Of a stretch of DNA of 64,000 bases, positions 51,015-63,387 are shown in pieces (the stretch's first letter is position 1; each line of letters starts with the position of its first letter). A program made the position numbers and the translations under genes. The stretch covers positions 129,890,001 through 129,954,000 of the forward strand of contig NC_082707.1 of the NCBI RefSeq assembly GCF_030144855.1, written 5' to 3'. The notes beneath the pieces are model-generated. The model worked only from the letters and a program-made list of their open reading frames with translations, was not told the origin of the DNA and searched no databases. Origin of the DNA: Hypanus sabinus. Its lineage: Eukaryota.

Positions 51015-53054
51015 TCTTTCTTCTTTTTCAATATTTTTATTAATTTTCACATAGAAGAATACAGAGTACATGGGGATATATGTTATGAATTATAAAAAAA
51101 GAATAGTACCAAATACATTATATTTAAATCACAGTACCCTATATTCATAATCAAACACATACATTAATTAAATTGTAATTTGAATTGTAATAATTTTATT
51201 ATAAAAAGAACCTAAACCCACTACTAAGATCAAAGCTGTTTGGTAAAGAAAGAAAGACAGAAAAAAATCGTTATCACATAGTGATTTATGTTATTAGCCA
51301 ACATCTGTACTTTAACACCAAATCAAAGGTTTTGAAAGTAGTTCAAAAATAGTCCCCACAATATTTGAAAGTCTTGGTTAGAATCAGAAATTGAACAATG
51401 AATCTTCTCTAAATTTAAGCATGACATAACATCATGTAACCATTGTGAGTAGGCAGAGCAACATCCTTCTATTTAAGCAACACCGCCCTTCTAGCTGCAA
51501 GAGAAATAAAAGCCAATATATACAAGTCAGATGTCTCCAAAGTTACGCCTTTTTCTCCAGCAGTACCAAACAAGGCAGTCAAAGGGTTAGCCTTAAAATT
51601 TAGTTTAAAAAGTACAGAAAATGTTTGGAATACTTCCTTCCAGTATTTTTCAAGATGTGGACATGTCCAAAACATATGGATTAGTGAAGCCTTTCCATTG
51701 TTACATCTATCACAATAGGGAGATATATCTGGATAAAAACGAGATAGCATGTCTTTTAACATGTGGGCCCTTTGGACCACTTTAAATTGTAGGAGGGAGT
51801 GGTCAGCACATAGTGATGAAGCGTTAACCAATTTAAAGATTTCATTCCAAGTCTCCTCAGAAATTGAAATCTGTAAATCTTGTTCCCAGGCATTTTTAAT
51901 TTTGTCTAAAGGTGCCTCTCTTATTCCCAACAACATACCATAAATATTGGATATTGAGCCATTATGAAAAGGTTTCAAATTAGAAATTACATCTAATGAG
52001 TTCTTATCAGGACTCATAGGAAATGTATGCAATTGAGATCGCAGAAAGTCTCTAACTTGTAGATATCGAAAAAAGTGGGCTTTTGGTAAGCTATATTTAG
52101 CTGACAGTTGCTCAAACAAAAAGAGACTTCCTCCAACAAACAGATCGTGGAAGCATTTAATACCCAATCTATCCCATTCTTTAAAAACTACATCGGTCAT
52201 AGGTGGTTTAAAAAAATCAATTAGAAAATATGGAACTAGAAAGAGAAAATCTCAATAAACCAAAGTATTTTCTAAATAGTAACCAGATCCTCAAAGTACG
52301 TTTAACTACCAAATTGTCAGATAGTTTATTTAAAGATAAAGGAAGTGCTGATCCAAGAAGAGAAATAATAGAAATTTTTTTTAACAGAGTTAACTTCTAA
52401 GGAGACCCATACTGGACAGTCCTCACGATTATGACCAAAACATCAGATTCCATATATTTATAGACTGCCTAGTAATAAAACCTAAAATTTGGTAAAGCTA
52501 AATCTCCATTCTTTTTAACTTTTTGAAAGTGAACTTTATTTAATCCAGAATATTTTTCCATATATACGACGATAGAATTGAATCAAGAGAATCAAAAAAG
52601 GACTTAGGAATAAAAACCAGTAGGACCTGAAAAAGGTATATAAATTTAGGTAGGATATTCATTTTAATAGAGATAGTTCAATGAATCAATGAGAGAGAAG
52701 GGCGACCAGTTTGATAGTGCTCTTTTCATATAATTCAAAAGGGTAAGAACATTTTCTTTAAGTAGGTGTTTATAATTCTTGGTAGTTGTTGCACCCAGAT
52801 AGGTAAATTGATTTCATACAATTTTAAAAGGAAGGTTATATCCTGAAAACTGGCTGAAACAGGAGAGTAAAGAAAGTGTAGGAGGTAACGAGGTCTCAAC
52901 ATTAGAAATAAAAAGCAATAGATCATCAGCATAGAGCAAAACACTTTGGGTAGTACCTCTCCTTAAAATACCACTGATATCACTAGATTCTCAAAAAGCA
53001 ACAGCAAAGGGATCTAAAACCAGATCAAAGCGCAGAGAGCTCAAAGGACATCTT
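51015..53054 (-). mobile_element. L1-clade LINE, 5'-truncated ORF2 with 12-bp TSD
   Basis: TSD CAATTTCAAGTT (51003-51014 / 53055-53066); T-rich tail at the left end; GCPLS, LYADDLLL and CDRC..LIHMFWTC motifs. Confidence 0.92.
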
Positions 53055-53999
53055 CAATTTCAAGTTGAAGAGGTTTGAATAGGCATGTAGATGGGAGGGT
53101 TATGGAGGGCTGTGGTCCAGATACAGATTGATGGAAAGTTAGCATAATAATCCGAAATGGACTATATGGGCCAAAGGGCTTGCTTCTGTGCATTACTGTG
53201 GTACGTAACCCAACAATGGCATTCAGCTAAATATAAAAACTTTTCTAGATATATTATCACTACCATCTCCAGTGATATTAGGAATGGATGATGAATTCCT
53301 TTTGTTAGCTATTCTATATCCCACAGCAATTCATGGGATTTTTGCAAAATAATATTTAAAAACTTCACCTGGAGTTTTGCACTTATTAAAAAAATAAAAT
53401 TAAATCTTGTAAGACATGCACTATTTAATAATTAAAAGGCACAGTGGTTTGGTGACTCAGGTTAAAATCTAGGAAACCACATTGGTAAGACCAGTCTATT
53501 TATTAAGAAATGGCTTGTCCAGTAATGAACAATGGAACAGTTCAGAATTTGTTGTCAAAATAATTTTTTTGTTGTTTTCTCTTTTGAGTTAATAGTATGG
53601 CATGGGAAGATCAAATGCTCTCTATGAAAATGTCCTTCTCCTACCATTAATTAGATACCAGCATTCTAGAAGTACTGATGTAATCTAACCTGATCAATAA
53701 TAGCTGGTATTTCTTCACCTGTATGCTTTAAAACAGGCCTTTACCAACAGCAGTCCACTTCTTAAGTTCCTGTATTCTCAATAATGAATCTTAATTGAAC
53801 AGAAGCAAACAAGCAAACCAAAAATATTCACGCAGAAAACTTCAATGCCATTAATGAAACTGACAGGAAAATATTACATCATAGATATGGGAAAGGTAAG
53901 GAAAATGTTACTGGTTTCAATGTGCTAAAGTTTTTAAATCATTCTCCACAAAGTACATGCAAATACAAATGGAATCAAATACTTAATATTAAAAAATGA

Positions 54000-54005
54000 T
54001 TTATT
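54000..54005 (-). terminator. Candidate polyadenylation signal AATAAA for gene B
   Basis: TTTATT on the plus strand, 57 nt beyond the stop codon. Confidence 0.5.
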
Positions 54006-54061
54006 AAATAATCCAATCCATTTCATGAATCAGGTATTAGATATTTAGATATTACCTATTT

Positions 54062-54655
54062 TCACAATTTACTTTGTTGTTTTTCAAGATGTTTTCTCAG
54101 AAACATTTGTATCTTCGGCCAAAGGTCTATCTGGGCTAATGAATGCTCTTTCATTTCTCCTCCCCATATCACAGGAAGCCCTACCAACCGATGAAAAGAG
54201 GCATAGCAGAATGGAAAATAGCTGGGCTCCAGCAGGTGTCCTGCCTTTGGGTAGGTAAGAATTTCATAGTTCTCTTTTCCATTTTCCTTCAGTTGTTCGA
54301 TAGCTTGCTGAGCAAAGAGTGGAGTGTTCCAATTCTTGTCATCCTCTCCAACCACAAACAAAAAATTACCCTCAGCCTTTTCTAATGGGATGATACAATC
54401 TTTATTTTCTTCTTCCCTTGGGTTATTAGTTACTTGAGAGATATCAACAAGATTTGATTCCAGAAACCTAGTTTGGTCCAATGAAACACTCAGGCCTGGA
54501 AGAGTGATGTTTTTGTAATGCAAAGTACCTAAAGTGTTTGCATTGCATCCACCAATACTGACAGCTGCTCTGACTTGTGGTATAAATGTAGTCATTGAAA
54601 GAACCAGGTCTCCTCCCTTTGATATTCCTATTGCTCCAACTCCAGGACCTGATAC
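54062..54655 (-). CDS. Gene B exon 3 (catalytic domain, C-terminal PTS1 SKL)
   Basis: Acceptor TGTTTAAG|GTA. Encodes VSGPGVGAIGISKGGDL (GxSxG), GEDDKNW, KAGHLLEPSYFP, and ends QQSKL-stop. Spliced protein 443 aa from 63922 or 419 aa from 63850. Confidence 0.94.
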   Translation of the reverse strand, partial: VSGPGVGAIGISKGGDLVLSMTTFIPQVRAAVSIGGCNANTLGTLHYKNITLPGLSVSLDQTRFLESNLVDISQVTNNPREEENKDCIIPLEKAEGNFLFVVGEDDKNWNTPLFAQQAIEQLKENGKENYEILTYPKAGHLLEPSYFPFCYASFHRLVGLPVIWGGEMKEHSLAQIDLWPKIQMFLRKHLEKQQSKL

Positions 54656-54719
54656 CTTAAACAGTAATTTATGTACATATTAACAGCATCAACTTTATTA
54701 TATATACTTCTAATAAATT

Positions 54720-57700
54720 GAGCTAGAACAACCTTTGGGTGGAACCACTTGTACCATACCTTGTCCTACCCTGCCACTTGTAAAAACACCATTCCCTTCT
54801 CTCAATTCCTCCATCTCCACTATGACTGGCACATTCTCGGCTGCAGGAGTATGTGCTGAGGGATGCAATCAAACTTGGTGCAGCCACTGCAAGGGCCCGG
54901 TGGGGAAGGACCACAGTCTAGGGTTCTTCTCCCGCGGGATTGAGGGATAGGGAGGTCTCCCCTGTCCCCTGTCTTGTTCGTGTGCTGCATAGAACCCTTT
55001 GCTGAAGCCATCAGGAGGGATGAGGGCATAAGAGGGGTGACACTGCCAGGCAGTGGAGGGACACAAGTCAAAACCTCCCTGTACATGGACAATGTCACCA
55101 TCTTCTGCTCTGATCCGAGGTCAGTTTGCAGGCTGATCAGCATCTGCAAACAGTTCGAGCAGGTGTCAGGGGCCAGGGTCAACCGCATGAAGAACGAAGC
55201 CATGCTCTTCGGCAGTTGGCCTGACTGATCCAGCGTCCCCTTCACCATCAGGTCTGATCACGTGAAGGTGTTGGGGATCTGGTTCGGAGGGGCTGAGGCG
55301 TGCAACAAGAACTGGCAGGAGCGGACTGCCAAGGTCAAACAGAAACTGGGACTGTGGGGAGGGTGCTCCCTACCAATAACGGGCAAGAACCTGGTCATCT
55401 GGTGTGAGGTGCTCTCAGGGCTGCTGTACTTGGCGCAGTGTGGCCAGTCCCCCGCTCCTTCAGCTCGGAAATCACCCGGGCCATCTTCAGATTCGTCTGG
55501 AGATCCAAGATGGAGCGGGTCAGACAGACCACCATGCACAAGTCCCTGGACAATGGGGGCAAAAATGTTCCCAATGTCGCCCTCACCCTGATGGCCAGCT
55601 TCGTGTGTGGCTGCATCAGTTTGTGTGTGGATCCCAGGTATGTGGGCACCAAGTACCACTAAGAACCCGGTCTACCTGTCACCCTGGATATGAAGGATGG
55701 GTCTGGTCCCTTTCACACGCACCACCCGTCAGCTGGTCGTTGCCACCATACCTGTCCTTTGTAGAGAAGTTCTTTCAGGTCAACACCTTTGATCACAGGG
55801 CCATCAGGCACTGGTCCTGTGGTCCTGAGGAACTGCAGGAGAAGGACATGATGGACACAGTGGGGCGGTTCCCCGAGCAGACTGTCCAGTTCATCTGGCA
55901 AAATGCCTCATCACCAGACCTCACCAACAGGCACCAAGACCTCGCTTGGCTGGCGGTGAGAGGGGCCCTCCCAGTCCGATCCCTCCTGTATGCCTGGAAC
56001 GTCATCTCCACACCCCACTGCCCACGGGAGGACTGCAGTGAGGAGGAGTCGGTGACCTACCTCTTTGCACACTGTGGGTTTGCGGAGAAGGTGAGGAGGA
56101 GGATGGAGGGGACAGTGTCAAGATTCATCCCCAGCAGCTGCGTAACAGAGGACTCTCTGATCTACAGGCTGTTCCTGGGGATGCACATGGGGACCAACAT
56201 CCGGTGCTGCTGGCAGATCATCAACTTGGTGAAATACGCTCTTTGGTCGGCCCAAAACTTGATGGTCTACCAGCACATGGAGATGTCTGTGGGGGAATGC
56301 TGCCGACTGGCACATTCTCGGCTGCAGGAGTATGTGCTGAGGGATGCACTGAAACCTGGTGCAGCCACCGCAAGGGTCCGGTGGTGAAGAACCGCAGTCT
56401 AGGGTTCTTCTCCCGCTGGAGTTGAGGGAAATATGGAATAACAGAGTGCCGCATGGGTGGCTAAAAGTGTGGGAATGTAAAGACTGTAATGGAAACATTT
56501 GTAAAGGATTGAGAGACATTTAATGGCTTATTGTACATAATTGTATTTTTGAATAAACTATATTTTGTAAAAAAGATCTGCTCTCAGGATGAGGCTTTTC
56601 ATTCTAGAACAAAGGAGATGTCATCCTTTCTCAAAGAAAGAGACTTCCCTTCCTCCACCATCGATGCTGCCCTCAACCGTATCTCTTCCATTTCATGTAT
56701 GTCTACTCTTATCCCATCCACCCACCACCCTATCAGGGATAGGGTTTCTCCTGTCCTCATCAACCACCCCATCAGCCTCTAAGTCCAGCACATAATTCAC
56801 CAGAACTTCTGCCATCTCCAACAGGATCCCACCACCAAGCACACCTTTCCCTCTGCAATCCTCCCCCCACACTTCTGCAGGGATTGTTCCCTACATGACT
56901 CCCTTGTCCATTCACCCCTCCCCACCGATCTCCCTCTTGGCACTTATCTTTGCAAGCAGAACAAGTGCTACACTTGCCCCTTCACCTCCTCCCTCAATGC
57001 CATTCAGGGCCCCAACAGTCCTTCCAGGTAAGGTGACACTTCACCAGTGCATCTGTTGGGGTCATATACTGTGTTTGGTGCTCCCGGTGTTGCCTCTTGC
57101 GTATCGGTGATACCCGATGTAGATTAGAAGACCGCTTCACCAAGCATCTGCGCTCCGTCCGTCAGAAAAAGCAGAATTTCCCAGTGGCCACCCATTTTAC
57201 TTTTACTTCCCATTCCGATTTGTCCATCCATGGCCTCCTTCACTGCCAGGATAAGGCTACACTTACGTGTTCCTCCAACTTAGGTTTGAGGAAAAACACC
57301 TTATATTCCGTTTGAATAGCCTCCAACCTTATGAACACTGATTTGACAAACTTTCAGTAATGCCTCCACCCCCTCCCTTCACCATTTTCCATCCCCTTGT
57401 CCCTCTCTCGTTATCTCCTCCCCCTCCCTTTTTCTTTTTTCCACGGCCTTCTGTCTCTTTCACCAATCAATTTCCTAGATCTTTGTTTCATCGCTCCCCC
57501 TCCAAGTTTCATATATCACCTGGTGTTTCTCTCTCCCCCCGCACCCCCCTACCACCTTTTCAAATCTACTCCTCAGTTTTTGTTCTCCAGTTATGCTGAA
57601 GGGTTCGGCCCAAAACGTCGACTGTACTTTTTCCCATACATGCTGCCTGGCCTGCTGAGTTCCTCCAACATTTCCAGCTTCTGCAGAGTTTCTCATTTGT
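54720..57700 (+). mobile_element. Penelope-like element (RT C-terminus, GIY-YIG, pLTR) interrupted by a Tx1 insertion, in gene B intron 2
   Basis: CKNTIPFSQFLHLH|ICSQDEAF continuity across the insertion; CYTCP, VIYCVWC and IGDTRCRLEDRFTKH motifs; pLTR with a degenerate hammerhead at about 57594-57623. Confidence 0.85.
54821..56575 (+). mobile_element. Tx1-clade non-LTR retrotransposon, 5'-truncated ORF2
   Basis: PLSPVLFVCCIEP, SLYMDNVT, KVLGIWFG and CPREDC..LFAHC motifs; AATAAA followed by an A-tail at about 56570. Confidence 0.88.
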
Positions 57701-58669
57701 TGATAGATGACATTTTCCAGTTCTGATGAAATGTCACCAACTCAAATTTTAACTGGAATTTTTTGGCAGATTCTGCTGGATTTTCTGACAATTTCCAGAT
57801 TTTCTGATTTCATTTATTTTTAAATCCCAGCTTGATTCTTTTATGTTTATCTGTTATCTTTATATTATTTTAGCAGTCTTAACATACATTAAAATGCTTA
57901 GCTTAGTCTTTCAGATGAGATTTTAAATTAATAGTCTGTATTTCGAAGACCAGGGATGTTCTAGACCAATCAGAGTACAAGCAACAAATCACATTTTCCT
58001 GGGTGGTTGTGCCTATCAGGTGTCCCTGGAACAACAGCTTGGAATTATTCATCATCCCAATCTTTGCAAGATGGATTTCAGATTGTGAAAACGATGTAAA
58101 AATGCATAAGACGGGCAATTTCCTACTTAAAGAAAGGAAATACCCCAACCAATGTGGAATTTTGGTATCCCCTTCTATTGTTCCCTCCATTCTTTCATCC
58201 CTCCCTGTTCCTTTAACTCAACTCTCCTCAAAGATTGTCCCAAATGAACAGATAGCTCAAATGTTCAGGCATGCACAGCTTAAGTTTGAACACCTAATTG
58301 AACCGATAACAGGTAACTTATCTATAACAAAAGCAGCAAGGAAATTACATGCCCAGAACTACTTCTTTCCAGTTTTCAACCCCTTAATAGTTTGCTGAAA
58401 TGTGTATTGCCATCTCAGGAAAGGGAGTGGAGGAGTTCCTGCTAGCTGGTTTAATTGCTGTCCAGTTATAACAAGCACTGATATCTGAGTATTTCCTTCC
58501 CTGCATTCAACATCGACATTCCCGAGATCTTCGTGAATTGGCCATTTTATCTCCCCCAGGATCTTACTTGACATCACAAGATGGCAAGGAAAATATGCAA
58601 ATTAATTGCACTCTTTTTCAAAGAATCATATTCAAAATTATTTTCTAAATGGAACATGAAGCATCTTAC

Positions 58670-58872
58670 CTTTGAATGGTCCCTCAAAAAGTTCACAGCT
58701 TCTTCAAAGTATTCAAGATCAAGGTTGAGAAAGTCCTTTGGAAGGTCGTCGAATCCAAAATATCCTAAAGCCAGCGTCAGAAATCCATGGCTTGCCAAGA
58801 GGCTAGCTCTGTGCTCAACCACCCCACCGACTGACCCATACATATCAATAACCCCTGGAAATGGACCATCGC
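58670..58872 (-). CDS. Gene B exon 2 (203 nt)
   Basis: Acceptor TTTGACAG|GC, donor AAG|GTAAGA. Encodes [47 protein letters not shown]. Same length and phase as gene A exon 2. Confidence 0.95.
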
Positions 58873-59234
58873 CTGTCAAATTCAAAGATTACAGTGATTC
58901 ATCACGGAAATTTACAATGTAATTAAGACTCACAATTATTACGCACAAAACTCTGAATCGTTACAAATGGGGCTTATTTAGGATAGCTAGTGGTGACAAG
59001 TGGGGAACTACAGATATCAGTATTTAGGTCCTAGCTATTCACAAAAGATATAATTTTGGTACTGGAACTAGAATCGGTGTCATAGAATAATACAGCATGG
59101 AAATGGGCCTTTAGCCCAACTGGTCCATCCGCCCAAGATTCCCATCTAAGCTAGTCCCCTTTGCCCACATTCCTCTACACCTGTCTATCCATGTACCTGT
59201 CCTAGTACTTTCTAAATGTTGTTAGTATACCTGC

Positions 59235-59772
59235 CTCAACATTGAGAAGAGGTAAAAGGCAGAAGTGGGGAACAGAAGAGGGAGGGGAAAAGAAAAAATT
59301 ACTGGAAGGAGAAATTGATGTTCATACTGTCAGGTTGGATGGAGATTACCTAGATGGAATAAGAGATTTTGCTCCTTCACCCTGAGAATGGCCTTATCAT
59401 GGCAAAAGAGGCCGCCACAGACTGACAATTTGGAATAGGATTGCCCCTTCTCCTCACCTGCCTACACCCTCCCCCTGGTGCCCCTTCTTCTTTCTTCCAT
59501 GGTTCACTCCCCTACCCTATCATATTCCTCCTTTACCTTTCCTACCTACCTGACTTCACTTATCATCTTCTAGCTTGTCCTCCTTTGCCTCCCCCCACCC
59601 ACCACTTTTTATTCTGCAGTCTTCCCTCCTTCCTTTTCAGTCTTGATGAAGGGTCTCAGCCCAAAACATTGACTGTTTACTTATTTCCATAGATGCTGCC
59701 TGACCTGCTGAGTTCCTCCAGCATTTTGTGTTGCTCTGGATTTCCAGCATTTGCAGAATCCCTTGTGTTTAT
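59235..59772. repeat. Penelope fragments in inverted arrangement with a degenerate hammerhead (59638-59675)
   Basis: Purine-rich antisense piece, then a pyrimidine-rich pLTR with CAGTCTTGATGAAGGGTCTCAGCCCAAAACATTGACTG. Confidence 0.7.
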
Positions 59773-61350
59773 GATTTGGTACTCCAAAGGCTTGCTGGAG
59801 CATGGGAAGAGGAGGTGAAAGTAATAGGAAAGGCTACAGAGAATGCTAAGACTGATTCTGTTAGGCAGGCGTAAATTCTATCCCAGTCTGGAATGAAGAT
59901 GAGGGGGATTACAAGTGGGGGGAGTAAAACCAAAGATTCCCCGCTCAATTACGCACTCCTAAGGCAAGGAGAAGATATCAGCCCCGGGAAACCCAAAGTA
60001 GATGAAGAATTAGAATTGTGGGAAACCAGGTCATTTTGCTAGGGCATGTAGGACATCCCAACAGGAACCACAGGGACTTGGACAAGGATGTCCCACAATT
60101 GCAGCTGGTCAGCCTCTCAGGATGGCTTCAGTATGTCAAGAGCACCAGAGGGCTCTTCCTCAATTTTTAAGTTAATGGGAACTGGAGGGTGCCAGAGTTT
60201 TGGTTGATTTGGGGATATTAATTTTTTTGTTTCTGCACGATCATTTCTTCCGGCATTCTTTTGCATTGAAGCTTCAAGGATCGAGAAGGATTTCCTTGAG
60301 ACATCCATCCCAGCTAAAGAAGTTATACCTCCACCTAACGTAGAGGGTACTGGGACAAGGAAAAGGGTGGCATGAGGGAAAGGCCAGGCCAACGCTATAA
60401 AGTTGCAAGAGGAGTGACGTGATTAATAATTCGGTGAGTCTGGATGCAATATGGTATGATAGCATCTTCCTCCACACAGTTGAGAAAGACAAAGCCCATA
60501 GGCACAAATGCCAGCTGATGGACAGAACTGTAACGTGTCCATCCATGGAGAGAAATAAACAGTTGACATTTCGGGCTGAGATCTTTCACCGGTCCTGATA
60601 ATGAGCATCAGCCCATTTGCGTGTGTTGCTCAAGATTTCCAGTATTTGCATAATCTGTTATGTCCATACCATTTTCCTGAATGAATATTCATGGATGGTT
60701 TCTGGATAGATACTGATTTAAATTTGCATGACAGAAGCCCAATGCATCAGTACAGTCACATACAAAAGTTGGGGGGGGGGGGGGGGGTGTCAATACTACA
60801 TAGTAATCTTTACTTAAGCACTACCAATGTGTAAAGCTACCAACAGAACTGGTACATGGATAGTTTATGAAGAAGCATGTTTCTTTTGCAGAGCCTCTGC
60901 AGGATCCCATGCATGGTCTTGAGGTTCTCATTACTAATCCAAATGGACCTTCTCCTCTGAATGGTTATGAGCCAGAAGTTCCCTGGACTCTTCTTCAAGG
61001 AACCTTGAGCACATCCTTGAACCTTTCTCTCTGCTTACTTGGTAATTTCCTTTGTGTCAGACCTTGGAATAGAATATCTGCTTCGGGAGTTGCACATCAG
61101 AGAAGCTAACTACAAGGCCTACCCAGTGAAGCCCATTCAGAATATCCGTGGCCTCAGTGCTGATGCTGTTTTCCTACATGAGGATACTAAAGGATTAAGG
61201 ATCAAAGGGAATATGTTACATTTCTTTAGTCTCTTGAGGAAGTAGGGGACGCTGGTGTGCTTTCTTAGCCATGGCATCTACGTGATTGGACCAGGACAGG
61301 CTATTGGTGATGTCAAGTTCATTGAAGTGAACATCACTGTATCTCTACAC

Positions 61351-62606
61351 TAGTGGTCGCCAACCAGTCGATGGTGATCGACCGGTCGACCTTTGAGACT
61401 TTCCCAGTAGATCCCGAAAAAAAAATAAAAATAAATACACAAATACATTATGCCTGATAAACCTTTTGATGCAAATATGTAGTAACTTCTACTTTGAAAA
61501 CTTGACAACTTCATGCCCAAAAGGAATAACTTTATCTAGGATGGTAAAACGATATATGCATACAGATGTTTTCACTAATGCGCACTGGGCTGAAAAGACC
61601 GATAGGAAAACCCTGCAATCCCGGAAACAATCTCTCTTTACAAACAGTTTCCGTAGCAGGAGTATTGCTATATTACCATGATCCTAATGGGAATTAACTT
61701 ATCTTTATAATACTCACATTACAACCCTTCTCCCTCTTTAAATTCCAACATTCCCCAAATATACAAGAAATGGGAAACAAAATCAGTGGTGTCATTAGCA
61801 CGTGTACCCCTGAAACTTATACTAGTGTCTCAGTAAGTTTACCAATACCAGGAAAGTTGAGGAGCTGAAATCGGGGTTGAAGGCCCAGCAAACATGCTGC
61901 TCAGAGGACATGGATCGACAGTGTTAAAGGGCTTGTCACTCTGTGACTATTTTTCACGACAGTTTGATGAATTCGTGGATGTAATGCAAACAGCTCAGCT
62001 TGTATTTGTCAGAATGGCTTTCCAGGATTTTATAAAAAAGGACTTCCTCGCACTTAAAGAAGAGAACAAGAGGTGAGGATATTTACAATGAGTTAAAAAA
62101 AAAGTCCATGAAAATGACATCCCCATTCATAAACTGGTGGCAATTACTACTGATGGGGCCCCAGCAATGCGCAGTGTGCGCGTTGGTTTTTATAGCACTG
62201 TGCCGAAATGACCCTGATTTTCCTGACTTCCTGGATTATCACTGTGTGATTCATCGGCAGGCCTTGGCTGGGAAGGTCGTGGTCTTTTCTCATGTAATGA
62301 CACCGGTGGTCAAACTGATAAACTTGATTTGAGCAAACGCAAAACCGCTTATTCAAGGCGTTATTGGATGAGCTCAATGCAGCAATGGCCTGTTTGATAT
62401 GCTAGTTAATGTTTTCTTGGTTAAATTAATTTGAAAGTTTGATAAAAGCATTTGATGTAATTAAAATACAATTAGCCCAAATAAAGGGCCTCAAATTGGA
62501 AGTACAATCTGATCTATTTTTTCTCTAAAAAATTTAGTAGGTCGATCTTACCTTTCACTAAGGCGGAGGTAGGGGATCTTAGGTTTAAAAAGGTTGGTGA
62601 CCACTA
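61351..62606 (+). mobile_element. hAT (Charlie/GTF2IRD2-like) internally deleted DNA transposon
   Basis: TIRs TAGTGGTCGCCAACC / GGTTGGTGACCACTA; degenerate 8-bp TSD CTCTACAC / CTTCACAC; ITTDGAPAM and YHCVIHRQAL motifs. Confidence 0.88.
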
Positions 62607-63034
62607 CTTCACACAAATAATCAACATGAAGCAAAATTGTTAATGTAATATACTACTTTGATAGCAGTTGAAACAAGCTACCATGCAAAGCAATGCATTA
62701 ACTAAGTGCTTGTGTCTTTTTAATGAAAATTATTTGAGAAATATTACTGCCAAAGGCAGTCCAATGAAAATCTTCAAAACTGCAGCAGGTATTTAGACAA
62801 GAACAACCACATTCTATCCCTACAATTAAACTCCCAGATCAGAATGTGGCATGTTTTCAATGTACCTAAAGCGTTCAATGCCTTAACATTTAGTAACTTT
62901 TGGGTGGCTATTGAGATCATACCCCCAACCTGAGTAAACCCAAAGCCTGTATCTTCTAAGGCTTCCTGCAGACTAACAGTACTATTGTTTCAAATTGTAC
63001 AATGTTATTTAAAAAAAACTTCTATAAAGCCAAA

Positions 63035-63312
63035 AATACCCTCCTCAATACCCAAAGCCTGGACTGACACCTTGCCTATTGTCCCGTTTATTATTTATTG
63101 TAATGCCTGCACTGCTTTGTGCACTTTATGCGGTCATGTGTAGGTCTGTAGGCTAGTGTAGCTTTCTCTGTGTTGTTCTTTTTAACGTAGTTCAGTCTAG
63201 TTTTTGTACTGTGTCATGTAATACCATGGTCCTGAAAAACGTTCTCTCATTTTTACTATGTACTGTACCAGCAGTTATGGTCAAAATGACATTAAAAGTG
63301 ACTTGACTTGAA
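63035..63312 (+). mobile_element. Rex1-like LINE 3' end
   Basis: Ends ATTAAAAGT(GACTT)n. Confidence 0.6.
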
Positions 63313-63387
63313 ATGTTCTAAGTTTGGTGCAAGGTAAACACACACAATAAATTGGCTCAATTACATACATACAAGTGCCATTCTTAC

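Larger units (their letters stand above)
42900..53190 (+). mobile_element. Near full-length CR1 LINE (ORF1 zinc finger plus SGNH esterase; ORF2 EN and RT) split by nested insertions
   Basis: ORF1 CFTCGMW..CKKCIQLQLL and VVVHTGTND; EN GDFNFPYIDW; RT QHGF..DFSKASDKV; C-terminal WSPTYRKD..RVWNKLP; pieces are collinear across the insertions. Confidence 0.85.

Noticed and set aside
55404-56387. 327-aa ORF as a host gene
   Set aside because: Frameshifted Tx1 ORF2 fragment; its N-terminal part is out of frame with the element.
60771-60787. Poly-G tract (also near 3450, 35296, 44415) as a functional G-quadruplex
   Set aside because: Simple homopolymers, mostly in or next to decayed repeats; lengths are error-prone and nothing supports a function.
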